Shown here in pieces: positions 28,583 through 39,268 of a stretch of DNA of 64,000 nt. The number at the start of each line of letters is the position of its first letter. Position 1 is the stretch's first letter. The position numbers were made by a program, and so were the translations under genes. The stretch spans positions 8,559 to 72,558 of the forward strand of contig CAXXFC010000004.1 in assembly GCA_963662635.2 (NCBI GenBank), given 5' to 3'. The notes beneath the pieces were generated by a model. It saw nothing but the letters and a program-made list of their open reading frames with translations. It ran no database searches and was not told the origin of the DNA. This stretch comes from Arenicellales bacterium. Lineage in GTDB: Bacteria > Pseudomonadota > Gammaproteobacteria > Arenicellales > JAJDZL01.

Positions 28583-28948
28583 TTATTCGGTTTGAGCTGC
28601 TGTCTCCTCGTTGGGTTCCTCTTTGCCTTCCTGCTCAACTTCACGAACGCGATCATTCTCAAAATAGATCGTTACGCGCTCCTTGAGTACTATATTCCTC
28701 GGATTGCCGACTATTGTCAGTATGTAATCCCATCGGTCCGGATTGAATGTGTCAACCACCAAAGGTGTACCTAAAATAGCCTGCACTTCGTCTTTGGTCA
28801 TTCCACTTTCAACTCTCGATACATTCTCAGCATCGGTTATCTGTCCCTGATGGATGTCCGGTCGATAGACCGCGCAGCCGGATAGTGCAATAGCACCTGC
28901 CAGTGCCATACAGAATAGGCAATGTAATTTATTAAAATAATTTCTCAT
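28583..28948 (-). CDS. bamE: outer-membrane protein assembly factor BamE (SmpA/OmlA lipoprotein)
   Basis: 121-aa ORF with a lipobox (ALSGC), then VYRPDIHQGQ...GMTKDEVQAILGTP...DRWDY. Confidence 0.85.
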   Translation of the reverse strand: MRNYFNKLHCLFCMALAGAIALSGCAVYRPDIHQGQITDAENVSRVESGMTKDEVQAILGTPLVVDTFNPDRWDYILTIVGNPRNIVLKERVTIYFENDRVREVEQEGKEEPNEETAAQTE

Positions 28949-28961
28949 ATAATTGAAAGAA

Positions 28962-29447
28962 TTAAATTATTTCTCTTTGCACTGCAATCTCATCGCAGTC
29001 GGTAAATTTGTGACACTTGATGCAGACACCCCAAACTTTTTCAGGGAAGATAGACTTCGGAACTACGTGAAATCCTAGATTCTGGAAGAACCCAGGCACG
29101 TAAGTCAGAGCCATGACGCGCGACAGTCCCAATGTTCTAGCTTTTTCTATCAGAGCCTCTACGAGTGTGCCACCCAACCCTCGATGGGTTGATTCGCTGT
29201 CAACTACAAGACTGCGGATTTCGCAAAGCGTTTCAGAAAAGATTTCCAGCGCGGCACATCCCTGAACAGTTCCGTTGACTTCCACAACACTGAACTTCAT
29301 CAGGTTGTCATAGATTTCATCCTTTGAACGCGGCAGAAGCACACCGGTAGACATATGAACTTCCATCAGCTTGAAAATTCTATCGACATCCGACGCCATG
29401 GCATCCCGGACTATTGGTTTGTGCAGTAACTCAGCGGCGTGCATCAA
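28962..29447 (-). CDS. GNAT-family N-acetyltransferase (ArgA C-terminal-domain-like)
   Basis: 161-aa ORF (TTG start in the track) with an acetyl-CoA-binding stretch LVVDSESTHRGLGGTLVEAL. It overlaps the recN stop by 4 nt. Confidence 0.7.
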   Translation of the reverse strand: MMHAAELLHKPIVRDAMASDVDRIFKLMEVHMSTGVLLPRSKDEIYDNLMKFSVVEVNGTVQGCAALEIFSETLCEIRSLVVDSESTHRGLGGTLVEALIEKARTLGLSRVMALTYVPGFFQNLGFHVVPKSIFPEKVWGVCIKCHKFTDCDEIAVQREII

Positions 29448-31110
29448 TTAATTCCATTTGCGAGCATTTCTTTTGCATGTTCGACAGTACGATCGGTAAT
29501 TTTAGCACCACCGAGCATACGCGCTATTTCATTTATACGTTGATCGCGGTCAAGCAAGTTGACTTCGACACTGGAAGTCCCTGCTGTTATTTTCGATACG
29601 TTCATTTGCTGATGTCCCTGCGCAGCCACCTGTGGCAGGTGGGTAATACAGATGATCTGCACCGATTGTCCGAGTGCCTGCAACAGCTTACCCACACGTT
29701 CGGCCACTCTCCCACCGATTCCGACATCTACTTCGTCAAAAACAATGGTCGGAACTTTTGCTACATCAAGAGATGTCACTTGAAGCGCGAGACTCAGTCG
29801 AGACAGTTCACCGCCGGAAGCGACATCCGAAAGCGCACCAATGGCTTGCCCTGGATTGGTTGAAACCAGGAATCTGGTGTTCTCATAACCGAAACTCTCG
29901 AATTGCTCCGGGTCGGTTTCAGCAAGTTCGATTTCGAACACACCGCCCTCCATTCCCAAATTCTGCATGTGACTGGTAATCAGTTGTTCGAACTGGACTG
30001 TCTTCGACTTACGTCTGTCGCTGATCCTTGACGCAATTCTGTGATACTCGCGTTTGTATTCCTCTATATTCGAATCGAGGTGTGCGATCTTCTCAAGTCT
30101 GTTCTCATAAGTTTCGATTTTAAATTGCAGTGCTTCCATCGCGGAGGGCAGCTCATCTGCATCAACATCGTGAACCCGCGCCAGCCGCTGCAGTGCGGCC
30201 ATTCGTTGCTCGATTTCCTCGATGTCGCCAGGGTTGTGTTCGATGCGATCTGCGAGGGTTCGCAGTTCCCGGGCGACATCATCCACACGGAATTTGGCTT
30301 CTTCCAACAACTCAATGTGAGATTGGATGGTGGAATCGAATTCGCTGAGTCTGAGCAATTGTCTGGTGTATTCGCTTAGTGTTCCGCTCACAGTCGACTC
30401 ATCAGAGTAGAAAAGACCTAGCGAACCTCACCCAGTGTGGACGAAAGCTCCCCTGAATGGGAAAGTTGGAGCAACTTTTCCTTTAAGGCTGAAAATTCAT
30501 CTTTCTCGGGTGTCAGTTGTTGAAAAACCGCATGCTGATCGCGCAGAAACTCAAGATGCTGCTCATAGCTTGTCTTAAGTTGTTCGGCATCCGATCGATC
30601 TGATTCTGCCTTGTGAATTTGTCGGGAACTATCAGAGAGTCCGTTCAAGTCTTCTGAGTTGCCGGCAAAGCCATCCAGAATGCCTCTCTGAGTCGTCGCC
30701 TTGAGCAACATGTGATGTTCGTGCTGACCGTGAATGTCAACCAAGGTAGACCCGAGGTCTCGCAAGGTTTGCAATGATGCAGAACTACCGTTGACGTAGA
30801 CCCGGGTGGGCTTGACTGTGAAGATTTCTCGATGGATGATACAGGTTGAACCGGTATACAGATTATTGGATTGAAGTAATTCAACCGTACGGGAATTGCT
30901 TGCCTCAAATTTAACCGTTATTTCCGCCTTTTCACAGCCTTCCCGGACAATACCGGCATTGGTGCGTGCACCAAAGGCAAATTTCAGAGAGTCTACAACC
31001 AGAGATTTCCCGGCGCCTGTCTCACCTGTTATGACTGTCAGACCCTGGTCGAACTCAACCTCGACTTCCGGAATCAATAGATAATTTTTGATATGAAGGG
31101 ACTTGAGCAT
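29444..31110 (-). pseudogene. recN: DNA repair protein RecN, split by a 1-nt frameshift (or sequencing error)
   Basis: N-terminal half at 30418..31110 (MLKSLHIKNYLLI...ITGETGAGKSLVVDSL). C-terminal half at 29444..30391 (...GGELSRLSLALQ...IVFDEVDVGIGG...QIICITHLPQVAA). Minus-strand reading ...LGEVR* in one frame and LGLFYSDESTVSGTLSEY... in the next. Inserting one nt within 30418..30430 fuses them. Confidence 0.85.
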
Positions 31111-31126
31111 TCTTGAATCGATCGGA

Positions 31127-31978
31127 TCAAACACCCAACCCGAGTTTCTGTCTTAGTGCGTTGTAGAAGGTATGACCGGTAATACGAATGAAATTCACTG
31201 TGTGTCGGTCGCGCTGCACTACGATTCGTTCATTACCAGAAAATTCGGCACGGACGTGGCCATCCACTACAAGACTGGCATTAACTGGTGCCACGTCATC
31301 TAGGTGTATGTCGATACTGCTGGTATCACTCAGTACAATCGGTCGGTGCGTCAAGGTATGTGGATTGAGCGGTACCAGTTCCAGAGCGGGTAACGTCGGA
31401 TATAGCACTGGCCCACCTGCAGAAAGCGCATACGCTGTTGACCCTGTCGGAGTGGCAACAATCACACCGTCCGCGCGTAAATTCGTCATAAAGTTACCAT
31501 CAACTGAAATTTCAATATCAATTAGGCGACCATAGTTTGATTTATGGACAACAATGTCGTTCAAGGCGCTGAATTTCTTGATCTGTTCGCCCGATAGTGT
31601 GATTGTAGCGGTCAACATCATACGAGTTTCGATGGAGTATTCGCCATCGAGTGCTAAATGCATTGATTCCTCAATCTCGCGTACTGCGACATCGGAAAGA
31701 AATCCACGTCTTCCGATGTTGACTCCCAGAACCGGTGATTTACAGCCAGCACGCAATCTCGCAACATTCAAGAATGTCCCATCGCCGCCGACAATGATTG
31801 CCAGATCAAGCTCATCGTCGTCGATTCCCTGATTTTTCTCGCTCTCGAGAATCGACGTGAAATACTGTCGATGCGTGATCGAATTCGAGTCGAGTATGAC
31901 GGCAATTTTGTCGATGACCGAGGTGACAGCATCGTCTTCAAGATTACCGAAAATTCCAATGGTTTCGAATTCAGCCAT
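31127..31978 (-). CDS. nadK: NAD(+) kinase
   Basis: 283-aa ORF with the GGDGTFL motif (AIIVGGDGTFLNVAR), and TPTGSTAYALSAGGP. Confidence 0.9.
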   Translation of the reverse strand: MAEFETIGIFGNLEDDAVTSVIDKIAVILDSNSITHRQYFTSILESEKNQGIDDDELDLAIIVGGDGTFLNVARLRAGCKSPVLGVNIGRRGFLSDVAVREIEESMHLALDGEYSIETRMMLTATITLSGEQIKKFSALNDIVVHKSNYGRLIDIEISVDGNFMTNLRADGVIVATPTGSTAYALSAGGPVLYPTLPALELVPLNPHTLTHRPIVLSDTSSIDIHLDDVAPVNASLVVDGHVRAEFSGNERIVVQRDRHTVNFIRITGHTFYNALRQKLGLGV

Positions 31979-32286
31979 TTTTCGTTACCAGTTTTACGAA
32001 TATATTCAGACCAATGGTTTTGGTATACAACTAAAATTGCGGATTACCGGGGAATTTTCGGGCAAACAAAATTGGTCTATTTCCGCTGCGATTTGCGATT
32101 AATTACTCAAAAGTGTTTGGTATCGCGGTTTGAGACAGCTACTCATCATAAAATTCGTCTCAAATTCCTGAATTTCATGCAATCGGTTATATACTTGAAT
32201 ATGGTAGAATTATGCACTCAATTTTACTCTGTAATTACCGAAAAGGATAATAGCGGATCTTATCTAGGATAGTATAAAGATAGGCT

Positions 32287-33342
32287 ATGGGAAACGCTGA
32301 CTTCAGGCTCGATGAACGATCCGAAAACTTGCTGCGTATGTTGATTGCCCGCTTTATTGATGACGGGCAGCCAGTTGGTTCACGCACGCTCTCTCACGAA
32401 TCGGGCATGCAACTGAGCGCGGCAACGATCCGGAATGTCATGGCGGATCTGGAAGATATGGGATTGATACGGGCTCCTCACACCTCGGCGGGACGGATAC
32501 CGACCGCATTAGGGTATCGGTTGTTTATCGATACACTCCTGACGGTCCGCCCCTTGAGGTCTGCAAAGGAACAAGAGATCAAGATTCGACTCAATGAGGA
32601 AAGCGACGCTAAAGTACTGATGTCGACGGCATCCAATTTGTTGTCTGATGTGACACAGTTCGCTGGCATAGTATTCCTGCCGAAGGCTTCTGTCGCAAAA
32701 TTTCGGCAAATCGAATTTGTCAGTCTGCCCCGGGCACGCGTACTTGTCATTCTGGTAACTGAGGATGGCCAAGTTCAGAATCGCGTGATCAGCAATGATC
32801 GGAATTATTCCGCATCGGAATTGACTGAGGCGGCTAATTTCTTTAATTCAACTTATCGCGGCAAGTCACTCTCCGAAGTCAAGGATCATCTGCTGAAAGA
32901 AATGAAGAGTGACAGCGATCAGATCAATCAACTGATGCAGACCGCGATTACAATTGCGAAGAGTATGTTCAGTCAGGAAATGCGCGATGAGGAAGACGTT
33001 GTTGTCAGCGGCGAAGAGAATTTGCTCAATGTGCCGGATTTGGCCGCGGTTGAAAAAATAAGGAAAATATTCGAGACCTTCAAAACGCGACATTCGTTAC
33101 TGAGTCTGCTTGACCAGAGTATCAGGGCACGCGGTGTGTCAATTTTCATCGGAAGCGAGTCCGGTTACGAAGGCTTGGATGAGTGCAGTGTGATTGCCGC
33201 GCCTTACGAGGTGGAAGGGCAGAGTCTTGGCGCTATCGGTGTGATTGGACCGACTCGAATGCCGTATGACCGGGTGATTCCAATTGTCGATGTCACCGCG
33301 AAAATGTTGGGCAATGCATTGACGCACCTGACTCACGATTGA
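32287..33342 (+). CDS. hrcA: heat-inducible transcription repressor HrcA
   Basis: 351-aa ORF with LDERSENLLRMLIARFIDDGQPVGSRTL...LEDMGLIRAPHTSAGRIPT. It lies upstream of grpE-dnaK-dnaJ. Confidence 0.9.
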   Translation: MGNADFRLDERSENLLRMLIARFIDDGQPVGSRTLSHESGMQLSAATIRNVMADLEDMGLIRAPHTSAGRIPTALGYRLFIDTLLTVRPLRSAKEQEIKIRLNEESDAKVLMSTASNLLSDVTQFAGIVFLPKASVAKFRQIEFVSLPRARVLVILVTEDGQVQNRVISNDRNYSASELTEAANFFNSTYRGKSLSEVKDHLLKEMKSDSDQINQLMQTAITIAKSMFSQEMRDEEDVVVSGEENLLNVPDLAAVEKIRKIFETFKTRHSLLSLLDQSIRARGVSIFIGSESGYEGLDECSVIAAPYEVEGQSLGAIGVIGPTRMPYDRVIPIVDVTAKMLGNALTHLTHD

Positions 33343-33361
33343 AAAAAATTTCAATTTCCCT

Positions 33362-33389
33362 CTTGAAATTCTGATTTAAATTCTTATCT
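33362..33389 (+). promoter_or_regulatory. possible sigma32-type promoter for grpE(-dnaK-dnaJ)
   Basis: cccTCTTGAAA (33362..33368), a 14-nt spacer, then CTTATCT (33383..33389), compared with the consensus CTTGAAA-N13-15-CCCCATnT (the last seven consensus positions match 5/7). The -35 element sits inside an 8-bp AT inverted repeat, aatttcaa (33347..33354) / ttgaaatt (33363..33370). Confidence 0.35.
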
Positions 33390-33440
33390 CGTTGATGGGT
33401 AAAGCGAGCTAATCGCAATTCATTTTGTACAGGTACCAAT

Positions 33441-34121
33441 ATGGAAGATCAGACCAAGCTGGATCAGCACGGTAACGGTGCCGGAGAAGTCGTGAATAAA
33501 ACGAATGAGGTGGAGCTGGAGATACAGGATTCCACCGATAGTGGGAATGACAGCGACTTGACGGTGGAGAAAGAAGACACCGCAGATTCTGAGCAGCAAG
33601 CCGAAGGACTGTCCGCTGAGGAAATGGTTCCTCTGCTGGCGGACGAGATCAGTCATTTAAAAAAGGAACGTGACGAGCAGTTTGAACGCGTTCAGCGGGT
33701 ATCAGCTGAATATTCGAATTATCAGAAACGAATGGATCTGGAGATTCAGAAAGCGCGGAAATATTCGATCGACCAGTTTGCCCGGGCCATGCTGGACGTG
33801 ATGGAAAGCCTGGATCAGGCTTGTGATACCGAACAGACGGATGAACCGGACCCGACAGCAGTTGCCATGCGGGAAGGTATGGAGCTGACACGCAAGCAAT
33901 TACTGAGCGCGTTTGAGAGATTTGGCATTGAGGAAGTCAACCCTGAACCGGGCGTGGCGTTTGACGCAAACTTTCATCAGGCTATGACGATGCAACCCAG
34001 TACGGAAATTCCGCCGAACCATATCAGCGAGGTCTTCCGAAAAGGTTATCGTATTCATGACAGATTATTGCGGCCGGCGATGGTCATTGTGACTTCCCGA
34101 CCGGCTGAAGAAACCGAATAG
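33441..34121 (+). CDS. grpE: nucleotide exchange factor GrpE
   Basis: 226-aa ORF with an acidic N-terminal leader, then RVSAEYSNYQKR...GYRIHDRLLRPAMV. Confidence 0.9.
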   Translation: MEDQTKLDQHGNGAGEVVNKTNEVELEIQDSTDSGNDSDLTVEKEDTADSEQQAEGLSAEEMVPLLADEISHLKKERDEQFERVQRVSAEYSNYQKRMDLEIQKARKYSIDQFARAMLDVMESLDQACDTEQTDEPDPTAVAMREGMELTRKQLLSAFERFGIEEVNPEPGVAFDANFHQAMTMQPSTEIPPNHISEVFRKGYRIHDRLLRPAMVIVTSRPAEETE

Positions 34122-34141
34122 ATCGATTTGAAAACACTTTA

Positions 34142-34168
34142 TTTATATGGATATCGACTCCATATAAA
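34142..34168. promoter_or_regulatory. perfect 10-N7-10 inverted repeat tttatatgga-tatcgac-tccatataaa between grpE and dnaK
   Basis: Read directly. It spans 27 bp and lies 38 nt upstream of the dnaK ATG. Its function is unknown. Confidence 0.5.
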
Positions 34169-34206
34169 GCATAGATTGAAAATTTTAAGTTCAATAGGAG
34201 CTGAAA

Positions 34207-36126
34207 ATGTCGAAAATAATTGGAATTGACTTGGGTACGACAAATTCCTGTGTATCCGTTTTCGAAAGCGGCGAGACCGCCAAGATTATCGAAAATCAGG
34301 AAGGCGATCGAACGACTCCATCCATTGTCTCGTACACCGAAGACGATGAGGTTTTGGTGGGCCCGGCAGCCAAGCGCCAGGCAGTCACCAACCCTCATAA
34401 CACATTGTTCGCGGTCAAACGCCTGATTGGGCGTAAGTTTGCTGAGGATGTGGTACAGCAGGACCTCGATCTCATGCCTTACAAGATCGTAAAGGCCAGC
34501 AACGGTGATGCATGGGTCAAGGTTGGAGGCAATGAACTCGCACCACCTGAAGTCGCCGCCAGAATTCTGCAGAAACTGAAGCAGGCAGCTGAGGATTACC
34601 TGGGAGCAACCGTCACCGGAGCGGTGATTACTGTCCCGGCATACTTTAATGATTCTCAGCGACAGGCAACCAAGGATGCTGGGAAGATTGCCGGGCTTGA
34701 TGTAAAGCGCATCATCAATGAGCCGACTGCAGCAGCACTCGCGTACGGACTCGACAAGCAGGAAGGAGACCGAAAGATTGCAGTCTACGATCTCGGCGGC
34801 GGAACATTTGACATTTCCATCATCGAAATCGCCGATGTGGATGGTGAGCATCAGTTTGAAGTATTGTCAACCAATGGTGATACTTTCTTGGGCGGCGAAG
34901 ATTTCGACCGTCGGGTGATTGACTATTTGGCCGATGAGTTCAAGAAAGATCAGGGTATGGACCTGCGCGGTGATCCACTGGCCATGCAAAGATTGAAAGA
35001 AGCTGCGGAAAAAGCAAAGATCGAGCTGTCTTCAAGTAGCCAAACAGAAGTGAATCTGCCTTACATCACTGCGGACAATACCGGACCAAAGCACATGAAC
35101 TACAAGCTCTCGCGGGCAAAGGTCGAATCTTTGGTCGACGATTTGATCGCAAGAACTGTAGGTCCCTGTAAAACAGCGCTGAAGGACGCAGACGTTTCTG
35201 CAAACGAAATTGATCATGTTATCTTGGTCGGCGGACAGACACGGATGCCGAAAGTTCAGGAGACTGTGGCCAAAATCTTCGGCAAGGAGGCCCGAAAGGA
35301 TGTCAATCCGGACGAGGCTGTGGCTGCGGGCGCGGCAATCCAAGGCGGTGTTCTCGGTGGCGATGTCAAGGATGTTCTGCTGCTCGATGTCACACCACTC
35401 TCTCTCGGCATTGAAACGCTGGGTGGAGTGATGACCAAGCTGATCAAGAAAAACACAACGATTCCTACCAAGGAGACCCAGACTTTTTCGACTGCTGATG
35501 ACAATCAGATGGCAGTTACAGTCCATGTAATGCAGGGCGAGCGCGAAATGGCGGGAGGTAACAAGTCTCTTGGGCGGTTTGATTTAACCGAAATTCCGCC
35601 TGCACCGAGAGGTGTTCCCCAGATTGAGGTGACATTTGATATCGACGCCAATGGCATTATGCACGTATCAGCCAGGGATAAAGCGACCGGCAAGGAGAAC
35701 AAGATTGAAATCAAATCCAGTTCAGGGCTTGATGATGCTGAGATCGAACGTATGGTCCGAGAAGCTGAGGAGCATGCCGATGAAGACCGGGCGATGAGAG
35801 AGAAGGTCGAAGCGAAGAATCAGGCCGAAGGTTTGATTCATTCGGTTCAAAAAACCCTGTCCGAGCTCGGGGACAAGGTTGATGAATCGGAAAAGGGCTC
35901 GATCAAATCTGCGATCAGTGATCTGGAGACAGCAATCGCTTCGGATGCCGACACGGCAGAGATCAAGACAAAAGCCGAAGCTCTGGCAACTGCGAGTCAC
36001 TCGTTGGCTGCAAAGGCATACAGCGATGCGAACGCTCAGACGCAACCAGAATCACCCGAGTCGGGTGACACCGATGGTGTGGTGGATGCTGACTTCGAGG
36101 AGGTTGAAGACGATAAACGAGATTGA
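34207..36126 (+). CDS. dnaK: molecular chaperone DnaK (Hsp70)
   Basis: 639-aa ORF with [26 protein letters not shown] and [11 protein letters not shown]. Confidence 0.98.
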   Translation: MSKIIGIDLGTTNSCVSVFESGETAKIIENQEGDRTTPSIVSYTEDDEVLVGPAAKRQAVTNPHNTLFAVKRLIGRKFAEDVVQQDLDLMPYKIVKASNGDAWVKVGGNELAPPEVAARILQKLKQAAEDYLGATVTGAVITVPAYFNDSQRQATKDAGKIAGLDVKRIINEPTAAALAYGLDKQEGDRKIAVYDLGGGTFDISIIEIADVDGEHQFEVLSTNGDTFLGGEDFDRRVIDYLADEFKKDQGMDLRGDPLAMQRLKEAAEKAKIELSSSSQTEVNLPYITADNTGPKHMNYKLSRAKVESLVDDLIARTVGPCKTALKDADVSANEIDHVILVGGQTRMPKVQETVAKIFGKEARKDVNPDEAVAAGAAIQGGVLGGDVKDVLLLDVTPLSLGIETLGGVMTKLIKKNTTIPTKETQTFSTADDNQMAVTVHVMQGEREMAGGNKSLGRFDLTEIPPAPRGVPQIEVTFDIDANGIMHVSARDKATGKENKIEIKSSSGLDDAEIERMVREAEEHADEDRAMREKVEAKNQAEGLIHSVQKTLSELGDKVDESEKGSIKSAISDLETAIASDADTAEIKTKAEALATASHSLAAKAYSDANAQTQPESPESGDTDGVVDADFEEVEDDKRD

Positions 36127-36167
36127 TCGTCCAATCGATCAATCCTGAATTTCGCCTGTGAGCTAGG

Positions 36168-37292
36168 ATGTCAAAGCGCGACTACTACGAAGTTCTTGGT
36201 GTACAGCGAGACGCCAGCGACTCGGACATCAAGCGCGCCTATCGAAAGTTGGCGATGAAATTTCACCCGGATCGAAATCAGGATGATTCCAAGACTGCGG
36301 AGTCCCGATTCAAAGAAGCGAAAGAAGCCTATGAGGTGCTTTCGAATTCCGATATGCGCGCACGTTACGATCGGTTTGGTCATGATGGCTTGGAAGGTAT
36401 GCAAGGGCAGGGATTTTCAGGTGCCGAGGGATTCGGAGATATTTTCGGAGATATTTTCAGTGATATATTCGGTGCCGGCAGACAGAGCAGTCGCCAGGCG
36501 CAAGGATCAAATCTGAGATATACACTGGATATTGATCTGGAAGATGCGGTGCGCGGAATTGAGACTCAGATCAGTGTTCCGAGAATGGTGCCATGTGAGA
36601 CGTGTGATGGAAGTGGTGCCAGGAAAGGAACAAAGCCGACCACTTGCGGTACCTGTGCCGGCCATGGACAGGTGCGAATTCAGCAACTGGGATTTTCGCT
36701 GCAGCAAACCTGTCCCAAATGCCATGGGCAAGGCACGATCATCACCGATCCCTGTCATGATTGTGAAGGGCAGGGACGGGTACACAAGACGACAAGGCTC
36801 TCTGTCCAGATTCCTGCGGGGATTGACCACGGCAACCAGATCAGATTGGCTGGGAAGGGTGAAGCTGGGCGGGGAGGTGTCGTCCCGGGAGACTTGTTCG
36901 TACAGATTCGCTTGCGCCCGCATTCGATATTTGAACGCGACGGTGACGATGTCTACTGTGAGATTCCAATCGGATTCAAAACAGCGGCATTGGGGGGCAC
37001 TGTTGAAATTCCGACGCTTGGAGGCCGCGCCAATCTGAAGGTAAGGCCGGAAACCCAAACCGGAAAGGTGATGCGAATGCGAGGGAAAGGTATACGTAAC
37101 GTCCGTAGCCATCAGGTCGGGGACCAGTACTGCAAACTGATAGTTGAGACACCAGTGAATTTGACATCAGAACAGAAGTCATTGCTTGAGAATTTCGATG
37201 AACGGATTTCTAAAGGTGGTGCTCGACATACACCCGGCTTAAGCAATTGGACACAGAGAATCAAATCATTCTGGGAGAAGATCGCTGCCTGA
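36168..37292 (+). CDS. dnaJ: molecular chaperone DnaJ
   Basis: 374-aa ORF with a J domain (DYYEVLGV...HPDRN), a G/F region and four CxxCxGxG zinc-finger repeats. Confidence 0.97.
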   Translation: MSKRDYYEVLGVQRDASDSDIKRAYRKLAMKFHPDRNQDDSKTAESRFKEAKEAYEVLSNSDMRARYDRFGHDGLEGMQGQGFSGAEGFGDIFGDIFSDIFGAGRQSSRQAQGSNLRYTLDIDLEDAVRGIETQISVPRMVPCETCDGSGARKGTKPTTCGTCAGHGQVRIQQLGFSLQQTCPKCHGQGTIITDPCHDCEGQGRVHKTTRLSVQIPAGIDHGNQIRLAGKGEAGRGGVVPGDLFVQIRLRPHSIFERDGDDVYCEIPIGFKTAALGGTVEIPTLGGRANLKVRPETQTGKVMRMRGKGIRNVRSHQVGDQYCKLIVETPVNLTSEQKSLLENFDERISKGGARHTPGLSNWTQRIKSFWEKIAA

Positions 37293-37354
37293 TGCGCTGT
37301 TAGCGCCGGACGAAGAGTTCGGTTTGAATCAGGCCATTCCCAGAGTTTACTGCA

Positions 37355-39268
37355 ATGCCTGACAGCGCTCAAATTCTCGGCCCGAACGGCCCCTTTAACC
37401 GGTTATACGAATGGTTCAAGGTTCGTTCATGCCAGCAGGAAATGGCCGAGGAAATTGATTCAGCGATTCTTGGCAAGTCCAATCTTGTTGCAGAATCCGG
37501 TACCGGAACCGGTAAAACATTCGGTTACCTGGTCCCACCTCTTGCCGCCGGGAAGAAAACGGTCATCTCCACTCGCACGAAGAACCTCCAGGAACAGTTG
37601 TTCCAGAAAGATCTTCCCTGGGTATGCGACGCACTGAATATTGATCCTGATATCAGGATGCTGAAAGGGAGGAGCAATTACTTCTGTCTGTATCGACATG
37701 ACAGGGTTAGTCGGCAAGGTGACCTTTTCGGAAAAGTTGAAAGAATCAATCGGGTCTATGATTGGGTGATGATGGAGCGAGAAGATGGCGATATTTCGGA
37801 ATATCCCAGATTGTCCCTCGAAAACCGGTCAGCGATCACCTCCACCGCAGAGAACTGTATCGGGAATGAATGTGAATACGCGAAAGACTGCTATGTCAAT
37901 CGGGCGAGGAATGCCGCGAGGAATGCCGATGTACTGATTGTGAATCACAATCTGCTGTGCCTCAATATATTTCACGGCGATGATGAATTCGGACTGTTAT
38001 CATCCAAAGATGTTGTGATTGTCGATGAAGCGCATCGTTTTCCGGAAATTGCAGCGGAGGCTCTTGGTCTCACGGTTTCAACCGAACGACTGGACCAGCT
38101 CTGTAAAAATCTGGAAGAAATCAGTGGAGAACCGTCGGTCAACGCGACATTGGTCGAAAATTCTGTGACGAACATCATTCAGCTCGCCAAAGAGGCGAAC
38201 GACTCGTTGCCTGGAACTGCCGGAACGTTCTCGTTGACTGATGTTGAAAACAATAAACAGTTTATGGCGTGCTACCGCGAGATTTGTGAAGAGATATCGA
38301 CAGTCGCGGGAAATCTCGACCCATTCGCTTCGCCTTCTGTAGAGAAAATTAAGAATCAAGCTGAGATGATTCTGGAAGATGCAACTGATTTGTTTGCCAG
38401 ACAGAGTGAAGAGGATGCCAGTTGGTGCGAGAAAAACCAGAAAGGTTTCAAGGTTTCCAGAGTGCCTTTCGAACCCGGGAGGCAGTTCGGTGCTCGACTG
38501 GATCAATATGACGGCAGTTGGGTCTTTACTTCTGCGACATTGGCTGTGGGTTCGGACTTTTCGCATTTTGCCGGTCGGCTAGGAGTAGATGATTCTATAT
38601 TCGCACAGTGGGAGAGCCCATTTGAATTCGACAAGCAGGCACTGGCTTATTTTCCACCGAATATGCCTGCGCCAAATAATGAAGGATTCGACAAAGCTGT
38701 CGCTGTGTTGGTTAAGGAACTGATGCCAATCACCAAGGGGCGGACATTTGTATTGTTCACCAGTTACCGGGCAATGCGAGCTGTTCACGATATGTTGGAA
38801 GGGAAACTCGACTACACGTTGCTGTGCCAAGGAAGCGACTCAAGTGCGAACCTTCTTGAACGATTTCGCGATGATGGCCATGCCGTTCTGCTGGGAACAT
38901 CCAGCTTCTGGGAAGGTGTAGATGTAAAAGGGGAGGCGCTGTCCTGCGTGATAATTGCGAGGTTACCGTTTTCTCCGCCGGATGTAGTCATGAAAGCGCG
39001 GGAGAACTTTATGGCTTCCAAAGGCAGGAATATTTTCACCGACTGGCAGGTGCCAACCGCCGTATTGACGATGAAGCAGGGTGTGGGACGCCTGATACGC
39101 GATGTTCAGGACAAAGGCATGCTGGTATTGTGTGATCCGAGAATCAGAAGCCATTCATATGGCGATAAGTTTCTGGAAAGTCTGCCACCAATGCGGCGTA
39201 CCGACCGGATCGCAGACGTGAGGAATTTCTTTCGGCATGAAAATTCTGGCGATCAGTTGCGCAGATAG
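37355..39268 (+). CDS. yoaA: DinG-family ATP-dependent DNA helicase, YoaA-like
   Basis: 637-aa ORF with AESGTGTGKTFGYLVP, VVIVDEAHRF, and an Fe-S Cys cluster region (C..NC..EC..C). It is YoaA-sized and adjacent to tsaB, as in E. coli. Confidence 0.7.
   Translation: MPDSAQILGPNGPFNRLYEWFKVRSCQQEMAEEIDSAILGKSNLVAESGTGTGKTFGYLVPPLAAGKKTVISTRTKNLQEQLFQKDLPWVCDALNIDPDIRMLKGRSNYFCLYRHDRVSRQGDLFGKVERINRVYDWVMMEREDGDISEYPRLSLENRSAITSTAENCIGNECEYAKDCYVNRARNAARNADVLIVNHNLLCLNIFHGDDEFGLLSSKDVVIVDEAHRFPEIAAEALGLTVSTERLDQLCKNLEEISGEPSVNATLVENSVTNIIQLAKEANDSLPGTAGTFSLTDVENNKQFMACYREICEEISTVAGNLDPFASPSVEKIKNQAEMILEDATDLFARQSEEDASWCEKNQKGFKVSRVPFEPGRQFGARLDQYDGSWVFTSATLAVGSDFSHFAGRLGVDDSIFAQWESPFEFDKQALAYFPPNMPAPNNEGFDKAVAVLVKELMPITKGRTFVLFTSYRAMRAVHDMLEGKLDYTLLCQGSDSSANLLERFRDDGHAVLLGTSSFWEGVDVKGEALSCVIIARLPFSPPDVVMKARENFMASKGRNIFTDWQVPTAVLTMKQGVGRLIRDVQDKGMLVLCDPRIRSHSYGDKFLESLPPMRRTDRIADVRNFFRHENSGDQLRR

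Noticed and set aside
32211-32237. CIRCE-like element upstream of hrcA (tatgcactc-N9-ctgtaatta).
   Set aside because: The left arm matches TTAGCACTC at 7/9 with the correct 9-nt spacer, but the right arm matches GAGTGCTAA at only 4/9. That is not a functional-looking inverted repeat, so it is not called.
34131-34168. Sigma32 promoter upstream of dnaK (TTGAAA ... CCATAT).
   Set aside because: The spacing between the two boxes is ~26 nt, far outside the 13-15 nt window. Only the palindrome in this region is reported.
36434-36472. Short tandem repeat in dnaJ (ggagatattttc x2 + agtgatatattc, giving [12 protein letters not shown]).
   Set aside because: This is a normal feature of the DnaJ G/F-rich linker, not an anomaly.
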